64,000 bases of DNA, from the IMG/VR virus record IMGVR_UViG_3300025195_000002; one strand, given 5' to 3'. Position 1 is the first letter of the stretch; every line of letters begins with the position of its first letter. The notes under the pieces are model-generated. The model worked only from the letters and a program-made list of their open reading frames with translations. It was not told the origin of the DNA and searched no databases. Made by a program: the position numbers and the translations under genes. Positions 9,937 to 19,368 of this stretch are shown here, in pieces. This stretch comes from a virus.

Positions 9937-11202
9937 TTATTGGATAAAATCAAGTCCTTGAAGCGCTTCTGTGTTAATATTAGACGCGTGAAATTTTGAA
10001 AGGAACAAGGAAAGAAAGGCACTTCCTGTTGCAGATGCTAGAAGTGAAAGTGCTTTATCGTTATCAGCAATAGCATCCCCCATACATACTTTACAGTAAT
10101 CAGTAAAGGGTACCTTACACGCCATCGGGCTTCTCATTAAAAGTGTCTTCCCAACACTATTTTTCAACACGGCTTTCGTCAACGGTTTGCTAGGATCAGA
10201 CACTAAACGTCGACCAATAAACTCACGGTAGTTCATCTCATTGATAGCCATAGGCATACCAACCTTATCTTTGCAGTCATCTTCGGAGATAAAGCTGTTC
10301 TGGAAGACCCGGGTAATAGTCTTCACCGCCTCACCACCCAGCGCAGTCTGTGTAGACCGTGCATAGGAGCCATCACGTAGAGAGTTGATCAGTGCTGGAA
10401 GATCGTCTACATTCCAACCGTCCTGTAGAGAACGGGGAATAACTTCAATTTTAGAGGGGTCTTCAAATGACGCCTCACCACCATGCATGATGTATGCCTG
10501 CTTACGAGTTACGTTAAAAGCCTTTGCTGACTTATAGAACCCTGACGATGGGTCGTCTTTAATGTACTCTCTGTCCATATCGATGAGTTCTTTCTCTATC
10601 TTAGCAATAACTGCAGGATTATTTAACTCATCTTTGTGTTCTTTTAATAACTGATCACGTCGTTTAATAATAGCAGGGTTAGTGGTGACGGATTTCTCAG
10701 AAGCCGATGGTACCCACAAGCTTGTCAGACTTGACATGAAGTACAGCTGCTTGAAATAAACAGATACTTCTTCAGCGGTAATATCGTCCGCCTTTAAGGC
10801 AACAGCAATCTGATCCCCGATTTTACTTGCTTTTATTTCATCGTTAATAAAAGGAAAGATGTCACCAAATGGATAAGAAAGCATCATCGCATTGGCTAAA
10901 GCTCTACCTACCGTTGTTTCAACCCCACCCTTAATGTTAGCCAAATCACCTTTAACTAATTTGCAGGGATCCTTAGGATTTAATAACGACGCGCCTTGCT
11001 TATAGCCCACGATAGGACCTTGATAGTTACCATCTTCTCCAACGTAATGAAGTTTGTCATCCACTAACGCCAGTTCCCCAACATACATCTCACCGCGAGG
11101 TTTAGGTGTAAAGATACCAAAGACGCTTAGATGCCAGTGTTTCTGTATGAACGCATTGTTTTTTAAGGCAAATGCGAAATAACCATTAATGTCAATACTC
11201 AT
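9937..11202 (-). CDS. Virion RNA polymerase beta' fragment (phiKZ gp80 type)
   Basis: RSTQTALGGEAVK bridge-helix-like segment, EDDC, and RSPMAC..YCKVCMG zinc motif. Confidence 0.85.
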   Translation of the reverse strand: MSIDINGYFAFALKNNAFIQKHWHLSVFGIFTPKPRGEMYVGELALVDDKLHYVGEDGNYQGPIVGYKQGASLLNPKDPCKLVKGDLANIKGGVETTVGRALANAMMLSYPFGDIFPFINDEIKASKIGDQIAVALKADDITAEEVSVYFKQLYFMSSLTSLWVPSASEKSVTTNPAIIKRRDQLLKEHKDELNNPAVIAKIEKELIDMDREYIKDDPSSGFYKSAKAFNVTRKQAYIMHGGEASFEDPSKIEVIPRSLQDGWNVDDLPALINSLRDGSYARSTQTALGGEAVKTITRVFQNSFISEDDCKDKVGMPMAINEMNYREFIGRRLVSDPSKPLTKAVLKNSVGKTLLMRSPMACKVPFTDYCKVCMGDAIADNDKALSLLASATGSAFLSLFLSKFHASNINTEALQGLDFIQ

Positions 11203-12056
11203 TATAAGTGTCCGGCGTATACAGTTTGTTTAAGTTCTACAATAATCGCTTGTGCAAGTATTTCATCGCCAAGTTGACTATTAATGAATTGAGCGAGAGT
11301 TTCAGCCAGAATATGATCAGCCGTATTACTAATAATGACACAACCATACATCAACAATGCAAGGTTTTTAATATCATTACTTGCTATCAGGTCTTCTACA
11401 TCACTATCAACATGCAGCCACAGTGTCTCTAAAGGAAGACCAAAATCAATACCACGGGCTAGCATTGCTTTAATAGGATTGTTGTCAATCTTGGATAATG
11501 GACTTTCCTGATAACGCACTCTAGCCATCTCACGTGCTGAATCAGTAACGATAGAGATACCTTCTACTTTCCCCTCTACAATTTCCCAAAGACGATCAAT
11601 TAATGCATCATCTACAGAGTCAACAACTTCTAATACATTAGAAAAGGTTACTGCTGCGCCTTGAGTGTGGAATGCCTCTAAAAGCATGGCTACCGCGATG
11701 ACATTATCGTCGCTCGATTCTAACGTTTCAATAATGATCTGGGGTTCATCACTTTGACCTACTAAATAAAGTGTTTCAAGTAATGCAAGATAGGTTAGGG
11801 GTTGAGGTGACTGCTCGTCATCAATAACCACCCCATGGGTTGCCAGGAGATTGATAAGGTATTCATGATAAATGACTGTGACTTCGTCGATAAGAAATCC
11901 AGTATTATGTTGGTTGTTAGATAAGACAAATGAATCAACCGTTTCAACAAACCCCTGAACCTGCATGTCAAAGAAAAGTTGATTACAGCCAGTGTAAAAT
12001 ACCTGGCGTGTTTCAGGTAGCGTAGCGATGAGTGCGTCGGCGTCAGTTATATACAT
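11202..12056 (-). CDS. Conserved phiKZ-like hypothetical (probable virion) protein
   Basis: Acidic ORF; ATG at 12056 has an AAGGG SD; stop overlaps the vRNAP start. Confidence 0.7.
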   Translation of the reverse strand: MYITDADALIATLPETRQVFYTGCNQLFFDMQVQGFVETVDSFVLSNNQHNTGFLIDEVTVIYHEYLINLLATHGVVIDDEQSPQPLTYLALLETLYLVGQSDEPQIIIETLESSDDNVIAVAMLLEAFHTQGAAVTFSNVLEVVDSVDDALIDRLWEIVEGKVEGISIVTDSAREMARVRYQESPLSKIDNNPIKAMLARGIDFGLPLETLWLHVDSDVEDLIASNDIKNLALLMYGCVIISNTADHILAETLAQFINSQLGDEILAQAIIVELKQTVYAGHL

Positions 12057-12157
12057 GGAACTACCCTTATTAATTTTTTGATACGTTAAGTTATACGGCA
12101 TCCCGTAATCCTACAAGACGTGTAATTCATATTTTATTGGACAGGAATATAAATAAA

Positions 12158-12733
12158 ATGGCCAAATCACCTAGAAAGTCAAAGAAATCCCCTGCTACTA
12201 AGAAGACGTCACCTATCGCTGACGCATGGGGTGAGCTTCGTAATCTGAGTAACGCTGCCGCTGGAATGTTGTCTTCGGCTTCTCAGGTATCTGCTCTGTT
12301 TAAAAATCCTGAAGCCCTTAAAAAGGTGCAGGATAAGCAGAAGCTAAATGCATTAGGTCGTGTCTTACTTAATGACTTGACTAATTTCAATACTCGTTTA
12401 ACAGCAATCAAAGATCGCCATATTAATCAACCACCACCAAAAGATGATGGCGATGCTGCAATTATTGCGATTGAAATCGGTCAAGATTATCAGCAGTGGA
12501 TGGAGGACTATAATACAGTTATTCCAATTACGACAGCACAGATACTTGAACTTACCGAGGGACGTTCTGCTGAAGAAGTAGAAGCTAACGCAGCAGTAGC
12601 AAAGGCTGAAATAGAAAAACAGCAGGCATCGGCCCCAGGCCCTACTAAAATGAAACAAACACGCGTTAAACCAGCAACTACGCCTAAGAAAACTTTAGAT
12701 CTAATGGCGTTGGCAAGAGGGAAGAAGAAATGA
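12158..12733 (+). CDS. Conserved hypothetical protein with a helical core and basic termini
   Basis: ATG at 12158 with an AGGA SD; overlaps the next gene (ATGA). Confidence 0.75.
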   Translation: MAKSPRKSKKSPATKKTSPIADAWGELRNLSNAAAGMLSSASQVSALFKNPEALKKVQDKQKLNALGRVLLNDLTNFNTRLTAIKDRHINQPPPKDDGDAAIIAIEIGQDYQQWMEDYNTVIPITTAQILELTEGRSAEEVEANAAVAKAEIEKQQASAPGPTKMKQTRVKPATTPKKTLDLMALARGKKK

Positions 12734-14301
12734 GCGGTAATGAGAACGACTCTAGTAACCATGAACCCCGTACGCGGGTCTCAGACCATTACGACCAACA
12801 TGAGTTGGAGAATGCCGGCTATAGACCTGACGAGGGTAGCGGTGAGGAAGTATCAGAGAAGCATCCGCCTAATTTCGCTCAATCCGGGGACTATAGCAAT
12901 CCTTTAGATGAAAGTAAGAACACGGATATTCCTTTAGCATTACCTAGTGCTAATATGTCTAACCTGTTAGATACATTGTCTAATATGGCAAAGGTTCAAC
13001 TTTCATCAGACTCAGCTAAACTTTGGAGCGAGACATTAGAATATAGTGCTAGCATGGATATCATGCCCTATTCTAAAATGTTCAGCAAACCATTATTTGA
13101 AGAACGTTTAGCGTCCGAAGCTTCTGATTTTAGACAATACGTTGAGAGTGATTCTGGTCGACTTAGTGCAGTTAAGCCTAAGATTGCCAAAACAGCCCCC
13201 GGTGGTACGGTGTCAGGTGAAGCAGCCTTATTAAAGGTTAACTCTATGTTGACCATGGGTACCAGCGTTCAAATACCACTCTGGCATTCCGGTTTCTGGG
13301 TAAGTATCAAAGCACCTTCAGAAGGGGCGTTAATTGAACTTGATGAACGTATTGCTTTGGAGAAGGGTAAACTGGGACGCAATACGCGCGGCACTGCCTT
13401 TAGTCACTCGGGTGTTTATATCCGTGGTCATCTGTTTAATTTCATCATCGACCATATCTACGACTGTAATGTTAAAGATTGGAACGAGCAGATGTTACGT
13501 GAAAACATCCTGGCAACTGATATGGCTATTTTAACCTGGGGGCTAAGTTGTGCTATTTACCCTAAAGGTTATCCGTTTACCCGAGCTTGTGTTTCTAACG
13601 TAAGTGAATGTCAGCACGTAATAAAGGAAACGTTAAACATTCCTAAGTTACTGTGGACTGACAATAACGCTATGTCAGATAAACAAAAGACACATATGGC
13701 ACAGCGCTCATCTAAGGTTACTTTGGACCGGGTAACGTGGTATCAGGAAGAATTCACACATCCTAAGTCTACTAACTTGCGTGTTAACGATGCCGTCGCT
13801 ATGGATCTTCGTGTTCCTTCTATGCTTGAAACTATCAGCGCTGGTGTCCAGTGGGCGGAAGACATCGAACAGATGACTGAGGCTGGGTTAGGTAAAGACA
13901 TCAAATATGAAAAACGTGCTCGATATATGGATGAGCAAAGTAAACTTATCATGTTACGCCGATACTCGCACTGGGTGAAGCGTTTTATCATTGGTGATGA
14001 TGATGATGTAGCAGTAGTAGCTGAAAATGATCGTGAAACAATTGATAAGGTCTGTGAACAGCTTTCTGCTGATACGGATACTATTCGTACATTTCGTGAT
14101 CATGTCCAGACGTTTATTGACAACGCCGCATTTAGCATTGTAGGTATTCCAACTTACACCTGCCCGTCTTGTGGTGGTGAGCAACAAGACGTCTATGGTC
14201 GTAGTCCTTACATCATCCCACTTGAGATTGAGCAACTTTTTATTATCCTCGTAGCGTTCAAACGGAGCAAGAGGATAAACGAGCGCAGCGAGGTCGATTA
14301 A
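12730..14301 (+). CDS. Conserved virion protein, possibly baseplate hub assembly (T4 gp26-like)
   Basis: 523 aa with ACVSN..C..C and CPSCG zinc motifs, plus GTSVQIPLWHSGFWVSIKAP as recalled for phiKZ-like homologs. Confidence 0.6.
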   Translation: MSGNENDSSNHEPRTRVSDHYDQHELENAGYRPDEGSGEEVSEKHPPNFAQSGDYSNPLDESKNTDIPLALPSANMSNLLDTLSNMAKVQLSSDSAKLWSETLEYSASMDIMPYSKMFSKPLFEERLASEASDFRQYVESDSGRLSAVKPKIAKTAPGGTVSGEAALLKVNSMLTMGTSVQIPLWHSGFWVSIKAPSEGALIELDERIALEKGKLGRNTRGTAFSHSGVYIRGHLFNFIIDHIYDCNVKDWNEQMLRENILATDMAILTWGLSCAIYPKGYPFTRACVSNVSECQHVIKETLNIPKLLWTDNNAMSDKQKTHMAQRSSKVTLDRVTWYQEEFTHPKSTNLRVNDAVAMDLRVPSMLETISAGVQWAEDIEQMTEAGLGKDIKYEKRARYMDEQSKLIMLRRYSHWVKRFIIGDDDDVAVVAENDRETIDKVCEQLSADTDTIRTFRDHVQTFIDNAAFSIVGIPTYTCPSCGGEQQDVYGRSPYIIPLEIEQLFIILVAFKRSKRINERSEVD

Positions 14302-14348
14302 TATCGCCCCGATTTGGGCTCGAAAAGGAACAATCAAAAGATTCTGCC

Positions 14349-14774
14349 TTGAACCAAGCAATGGTAACCCTTCCACCTTTAGATAGCATTGGCGCGCAAA
14401 TAGCGTTATCAGAGGCGTATGACCACACTTATGGGATCTTTAATTACGATAGTGCACAGTACAATCCATTAAGTATTGTTGCCATGCATCCTATTGAAGA
14501 CACATTAAAGGTAGGTCTGCGTCCTTTTATTATCAAACGCTTTCGCATCTATGATATTCAGAAGCGGTATGGGTTATCATTAACTGAGTTACTTGCTTTA
14601 CCTCGTGACATGGTTACTGATATTTTTGATGACGCAGCAAAAGCTATTACTGAAGAAGAAGAGCAGATGCAGCAGATTCAAGAAGAAATGAAAGAAGCGG
14701 TAGCTGAACAAAAGGCGGCAAAACGAAAGTCCATGCGGGCTCAGAAAATCAGAGGAAAGTTAAAGAAGAAGTAG
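14349..14774 (+). CDS. Conserved hypothetical protein (baseplate-assembly-chaperone-like); true start may be ATA at 14301
   Basis: IQKRYGLSLTELLALP motif and a C-terminal coiled coil; the frame is open upstream to 14232. Confidence 0.65.
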   Translation: MNQAMVTLPPLDSIGAQIALSEAYDHTYGIFNYDSAQYNPLSIVAMHPIEDTLKVGLRPFIIKRFRIYDIQKRYGLSLTELLALPRDMVTDIFDDAAKAITEEEEQMQQIQEEMKEAVAEQKAAKRKSMRAQKIRGKLKKK

Positions 14775-14801
14775 AAGGGGGGTAGACCCCCTTCTATGCC
14801 G
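14772..14801 (+). terminator. Hairpin + TATGCCG element
   Basis: TAGAAGGGGG-gtaga-CCCCCTTCTA-TGCCG. Confidence 0.8.
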
Positions 14802-14873
14802 TATAAGTTACCTTTTACAGAATCAAGAAACCCTATAGATTCTTAATCCGAATTAAAATAAAAAAGGATTACA

Positions 14874-15326
14874 ATGAGACTTAATATTATTCATGCTGAT
14901 TTATTTAATCTGGATGTCGATACTATCACGTGTCCTGTTAATTGTGATGGAACGATGGGTAATGGTCTCGCACTTGCCTTTAAAATGAAATACCCATCAG
15001 ATTTGTTTACTAATTACAGAGAGCTATGTCTATCAGATAAACTCACCCCAGGACATTGTTGGTTTTATAGACACCCTTACCGTAATGTGCTTTGTTTTGC
15101 TACAAAAGATAGTTGGCGTCAAGATTCTAAGTTAGAGTGGGTTAGTAACGGGCTATACAACTGTTTGGAAAATCTCCCTAAACTAGGTGTTAAACGAATA
15201 GGATTTCCTTTATTGGGTTGTGGTAAAGGAAAATTGAGCAAACATGTTGTTATTGATGTGTTTAAAGAAGTATTTGACGAGAGTATCCACACCAACCTTG
15301 ATCTTGAGGTTACTGTATGTTTATGA
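14874..15326 (+). CDS. Macro domain ADP-ribose hydrolase (DarG/PARG-like)
   Basis: ADLF..DTITCPVNCDGTMGNGLALAFK, FATKDSWRQDS, GFPLLGCGKGKL are canonical macro-domain motifs. Confidence 0.88.
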   Translation: MRLNIIHADLFNLDVDTITCPVNCDGTMGNGLALAFKMKYPSDLFTNYRELCLSDKLTPGHCWFYRHPYRNVLCFATKDSWRQDSKLEWVSNGLYNCLENLPKLGVKRIGFPLLGCGKGKLSKHVVIDVFKEVFDESIHTNLDLEVTVCL

Positions 15327-15359
15327 GGCGGTAACCGTTAATTAAAATAGGAGAAGGTC

Positions 15360-16661
15360 ATGACGTGTAAAGTCGACCGTTTTGCGGGACTTATTAAAGA
15401 ACGTATAGAAATGGATAGTGCGGTCACTAGCTTAGAATCATTAACGTTAGAGATTGAGCAGGATCAACATCGTATCTATAACCAGCATGACGCGCTAGTA
15501 TCCTTAGAATCGCTTCTAGATAACGCAGAGGGTGAGTTGGGTGTAACCGAATACCTGTGCCTTAAATTAAACATGGAGACGTTAGGGATCGCTACAGAGG
15601 CAATTAGCGTTGAAGGTTTACGTGAACAAGTTAAGATACTTTGGCGAGGACTTATCCAACAAATCGTCGATGGGATAAAGAAGATAAAAGCTTGGGCCAG
15701 TAAGATGGCAGCAGCTTTGCCTAGACTACGTAAATACGTAGAAGAAGTTCTTAATGCTAAATCTACAACTTATTACGATACGACTATTTCACTACGTACA
15801 GAAATGAGTAGTCTGGCAGGCGATAAGTTAACAAAAGAAAATATCCTTAACGGTATGAAGGTATTAGAGGACATCACCACTGATTGTTTTAGAGTTGATT
15901 TTCCTGAGACGTTAGCGTCTGTAGATAGAGTATTGGCTTTGTTTAAAGAAGTACCAAAGACGTTTGCGATTGACAGATCACTATCGTCGTATGACAGTCG
16001 CGATGAAAGAGAGGCACGTGAGCTTACCGTTAACTTAATCATTAACTCCCGTGTACAGTTAGATGTAGGTGAGCGTAATCCACCTGCTGGTATCTGGAGC
16101 GAATCACTCAAATTGAGAGGGATTACCACAGATAGATACCTGACTTTTAGTCCTCGTAAAGACCCGTTTGTAGGTGACAGATTTGCACTTTACCGCTATC
16201 CTCGTTTTAAAGATGAAAACTATAGTGGTTTGGTTAAACAATCACCTACTATTGCTAATTATGCTACTGCTGGTATTAATTATCTAAATGCAATTCGTGT
16301 TGATCTGTATAGTCGAACAAATAACACTGGTGTCGATGAGGTGAAGTTAGAGCAATTGTCCTACGATGAAGTACAGAAAGTATGTCAGCGCTGTTTGAAT
16401 ATATTGGACAGTTTCGATTATTACTATTCTTATTTTGATGAGATTCAAGAGTATAAAGAGGATCTTATTAAAGAAGGTAATAGCGCGGCAGGGATAATCA
16501 CGGATGACGGCGAGACTAACAGACGGCTGGTGTCTGAGTTAATCCGTGGCATTGTTCGTTTCCAGACCACGCGACTCGATAAACCTTTTGTCTCTATCAT
16601 TGGTCACGGTGTTAAGTCTATTTATGCATTGATGTCTTATGCGCAAAAGAGCCTAGCTTAA
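15360..16661 (+). CDS. Internal head protein paralog (phiKZ gp93/gp162-163 family)
   Basis: Acidic propeptide with SLE/SVE sites, then GLREQVKILWRGLIQQIVDGIKKIKAW amphipathic helix. Confidence 0.75.
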   Translation: MTCKVDRFAGLIKERIEMDSAVTSLESLTLEIEQDQHRIYNQHDALVSLESLLDNAEGELGVTEYLCLKLNMETLGIATEAISVEGLREQVKILWRGLIQQIVDGIKKIKAWASKMAAALPRLRKYVEEVLNAKSTTYYDTTISLRTEMSSLAGDKLTKENILNGMKVLEDITTDCFRVDFPETLASVDRVLALFKEVPKTFAIDRSLSSYDSRDEREARELTVNLIINSRVQLDVGERNPPAGIWSESLKLRGITTDRYLTFSPRKDPFVGDRFALYRYPRFKDENYSGLVKQSPTIANYATAGINYLNAIRVDLYSRTNNTGVDEVKLEQLSYDEVQKVCQRCLNILDSFDYYYSYFDEIQEYKEDLIKEGNSAAGIITDDGETNRRLVSELIRGIVRFQTTRLDKPFVSIIGHGVKSIYALMSYAQKSLA

Positions 16662-16669
16662 CTGACACC

Positions 16670-16677
16670 TATATTAC
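16670..16677 (+). promoter_or_regulatory. Early promoter motif TATATTAC
   Basis: Exact match to the phiKZ early consensus, about 40 nt upstream of 16717. Confidence 0.65.
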
Positions 16678-16716
16678 CTAACAGGTTCCCACCCATAACT
16701 AACCTAAGGTGATATA

Positions 16717-16929
16717 ATGAATTTACCCGATGATATTAAAAAGAGATTAGAAATTAGAGCTGCTGACCTAGAGTTATCAGATAGAGAAGAGATGGTACTT
16801 ATAGAGGCTGTCTCATCACTACCTAATCCAGGCAGTGTCGTTAACGATATCTTATTCTTAAATAAAGAAAATCTGATTGACACTGTCATTGTTCCCTATG
16901 CTAAGCTAAAAGCTATTCGTTTAAAGTAG
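16717..16929 (+). CDS. Hypothetical 70-aa early protein
   Basis: AAGGTG SD; downstream of an early promoter motif and followed by a terminator. Confidence 0.75.
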   Translation: MNLPDDIKKRLEIRAADLELSDREEMVLIEAVSSLPNPGSVVNDILFLNKENLIDTVIVPYAKLKAIRLK

Positions 16930-16937
16930 TCGTTATA

Positions 16938-16970
16938 AAGAAGGGTATACCACAACCCTTCTTTTTTTAT
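16938..16970 (+). terminator. Intrinsic terminator
   Basis: AAGAAGGGT-ataccaca-ACCCTTCTT followed by a T run. Confidence 0.8.
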
Positions 16971-16990
16971 TTCAATTAAGGAGCGGTACC

Positions 16991-17221
16991 ATGGAAGCAT
17001 TTGTATTTCCTATTTTGTTTGCTATTTCTAAGAAACTGATTGCAGCTGCAATTGTGTTAGTTTTCTGGTTTATTTCTCTGCGCATTGCAGATAAAATTCT
17101 GGATATCAATTTCAAGGAAGAATGGGATAACATTAAGGATGATAAAGCCAAGGTAAGTTACTGGAATACACGCATGATTGCGTTTGCCATTATGCTACTA
17201 GGTTGTTTTGCTCTAGTGTAG
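16991..17221 (+). CDS. Small two-TM membrane protein (holin-like or DUF350-like)
   Basis: Two hydrophobic segments flank a charged loop; AAGGAG SD; directly upstream of an SLT gene. Confidence 0.65.
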   Translation: MEAFVFPILFAISKKLIAAAIVLVFWFISLRIADKILDINFKEEWDNIKDDKAKVSYWNTRMIAFAIMLLGCFALV

Positions 17222-17229
17222 GAGAGATG

Positions 17230-17964
17230 ATGCGTTATCTATTACTTATACTGTTTCTATTATTGCCTGCGTGTGGTAACGATAACGACAAACCCTCATC
17301 GGCCGATACCTCTACAGGGCAAGTAGAAGAGGAGGTTAACACCTCACCTGTTGAAGTTATCCCACCCCCCGAACCGATTAGAGACTCACCTATCGTTGTT
17401 AAGAAAGATGAGATAGAAGAGAATACCTATCAGATTACAGATGCACGTAAACTATCAGGTCTCCAGTCTATTAAATATGACATCTATTTTAAAGCAGCGA
17501 TGAGTTGGCAGATGCCGTATATTGATTGGAAGTGGCTAAAGGCGCAGTGCTGGCAGGAAAGTCGGTTCAACCCTAAAGCGGTTAGTCCGGTAGGTGCAGC
17601 TGGGGTGTGTCAGTTTATGCCAGGGACCTGGGAGGGTGTTCCTATCTTTGTCCGTGAGGATAGAGATGTGTGGGATGCAAGAACCAATATTGATGCAGCA
17701 GCGTGGTATATGAATACCCGTTATAATTTCTGGACTTCACCAAGACCCCAACTCGATCGTATCCAGTTAGCGCAAGCCTGTTACAATGCAGGCTGTGGTC
17801 ATGTGTTGAATGCCCAGAAGAAATGTAATAACCCTAGTGGTTATGATGAGATCATCGAATGCTTACCTCTAATAACGGGTGATCATTCAAAAGAAACCAT
17901 CGACTATGTTCAAAAGATCGGTGGGTTTGCAAGAGAGTTAAATGTCATAATGCCTAAAGATTAA
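17230..17964 (+). CDS. Lipoprotein-anchored lytic transglycosylase (SLT domain)
   Basis: MRYLLLILFLLLPAC lipobox, acidic/Pro linker, KAQCWQESRFNPKAVSPVGAAGVCQFMPGTW, ACYNAGCG. Confidence 0.88.
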   Translation: MRYLLLILFLLLPACGNDNDKPSSADTSTGQVEEEVNTSPVEVIPPPEPIRDSPIVVKKDEIEENTYQITDARKLSGLQSIKYDIYFKAAMSWQMPYIDWKWLKAQCWQESRFNPKAVSPVGAAGVCQFMPGTWEGVPIFVREDRDVWDARTNIDAAAWYMNTRYNFWTSPRPQLDRIQLAQACYNAGCGHVLNAQKKCNNPSGYDEIIECLPLITGDHSKETIDYVQKIGGFARELNVIMPKD

Positions 17965-18025
17965 CGCCTGTGCATTTATTCTATGTATACCCCATTGATT
18001 CATTTATTAACAAAAGGTAGCAGAT

Positions 18026-18742
18026 ATGTCTGAAGAAAATCAAAACCCAGAATCCACGGATAGCCAAGGTGAATCGGTGGAAAAAGCTCAACCCACCAAA
18101 CGTACATCATCTCGTAGTAAACGTGGTAACCGAAAATCAAACCCAGCGCCAGCTCCTAAAGCCGAGGATAAGCCGGTAGAAAAGCCAGAAGCCAGCGCCG
18201 AAAAGCAAGTTGAAACTGAAGCTGAAGTGCCTGAAGTTAACGCTGTAGCGCCTGAAGTACCAGAGACACCGGTTACTGAGCCTGAAGCCCCTAAAGAAGA
18301 AGTGGCTAAGGACCTTGATGTTAGCGTTATTGGCGGGACCATTATCTCTCAGGTACGCGATTATGCTGAGGCGATGAATAAAGGTCGTCCAATGGATGCT
18401 GCGCGCGGTGCCTCACAGCAACTATTGCTACATCGTGCCATTCAACGCATCTTTAATCTCGAAGGTAAAGAGTTCTATACCGTCTTTAAAGAAGTGTTGG
18501 CTATTATCAATGAAAACCGGGACGGCGCATTCCACGAAAAACGCCTCTATCGCTTCATTGATCAGGTTAAGATGTCTACTGCTGACCGTAAGTCTTTTGA
18601 ACGTTTGTTGAATCTCTTCATTACCGTTTGTGATCCAGCACAACGCCAACAGGCACTTAAGCAAGTTGACATTGAGTCAGTAGCCGGTACTCTGCGTAAC
18701 GGTGAAAAAGAACAGAAGTTGATTTCCTTCTTTGGGGGTTAA
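18026..18742 (+). CDS. Conserved virion protein with a disordered P/E/K/A-rich N-terminus
   Basis: AAGGT SD; late-type TATG at 17982; helical C-domain YAEAMNKGRP. Confidence 0.7.
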   Translation: MSEENQNPESTDSQGESVEKAQPTKRTSSRSKRGNRKSNPAPAPKAEDKPVEKPEASAEKQVETEAEVPEVNAVAPEVPETPVTEPEAPKEEVAKDLDVSVIGGTIISQVRDYAEAMNKGRPMDAARGASQQLLLHRAIQRIFNLEGKEFYTVFKEVLAIINENRDGAFHEKRLYRFIDQVKMSTADRKSFERLLNLFITVCDPAQRQQALKQVDIESVAGTLRNGEKEQKLISFFGG

Positions 18743-18775
18743 TTAACACTGTAAGTGGTGCAACAGCCACGACTC

Positions 18776-18814
18776 CACCACCCGTTCTCCAGGGCGGGTA
18801 GTGGTTTTATGCCG
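18776..18814 (+). terminator. Hairpin + TATGCCG element
   Basis: Imperfect CCACCACCCG..CGGGTAGTGG stem followed by TTTTATGCCG. Confidence 0.65.
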
Positions 18815-18841
18815 CCATGCTAAAGTAAATAATTATACCCC

Positions 18842-18849
18842 TATATTAC
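18842..18849 (+). promoter_or_regulatory. Early promoter motif TATATTAC
   Basis: Exact consensus upstream of 18907. Confidence 0.65.
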
Positions 18850-18906
18850 TATTATGATTCAATGCCCTTATTGAATTGCGCTAATATAACATAAAGAGTA
18901 TAAATA

Positions 18907-19305
18907 ATGAACGATAAACTAAGCCTTTTAAAAACTTTTCACAATAACTATTGGGTAAAATATAAGATAGGAGCTGCGCTAATCGCTCAAGGCGAGGTAC
19001 ACTCCATGGTGTCTACGCGACTGGATGGACTACGTTACCTATTTGAAGTCAGCGGTTTCCCCTATAGCGCTTTAGCAAAAAGCTTTTTTGATAACCACAG
19101 TCATACTCTTAAACGTGGGTTAATCGAAATCGGGTTGATGTCAGGTAGTGTTGAAGAACGGGTGTTACTGATGGCAAATATCGAGCAGCAACTTATCGAC
19201 CGTATAGCCCAATATGCTGATGACGGCATTAGTGAATCAATGGCCTGTGAAGCAATTATAAAAACCATTAGCCTATGTCCAAATAGTGAAGTAAAGTTAA
19301 GTTAA
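18907..19305 (+). CDS. Conserved hypothetical protein (phiKZ gp81 position)
   Basis: 132 aa, convergent with the polymerase gene; placement by synteny. Confidence 0.65.
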   Translation: MNDKLSLLKTFHNNYWVKYKIGAALIAQGEVHSMVSTRLDGLRYLFEVSGFPYSALAKSFFDNHSHTLKRGLIEIGLMSGSVEERVLLMANIEQQLIDRIAQYADDGISESMACEAIIKTISLCPNSEVKLS

Positions 19306-19307
19306 AC

Positions 19308-19367
19308 AGCATAAATACCATCCTACCTTTTATCAGGTAGGATGGCTTATGACGTCTTTTTTTTTTA
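19308..19367. terminator. Bidirectional hairpin terminator
   Basis: AGCATA..CCATCCTACCT-tttatc-AGGTAGGATGG-cTTATGACG plus a T run. Confidence 0.85.
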
Positions 19368-19368
19368 A

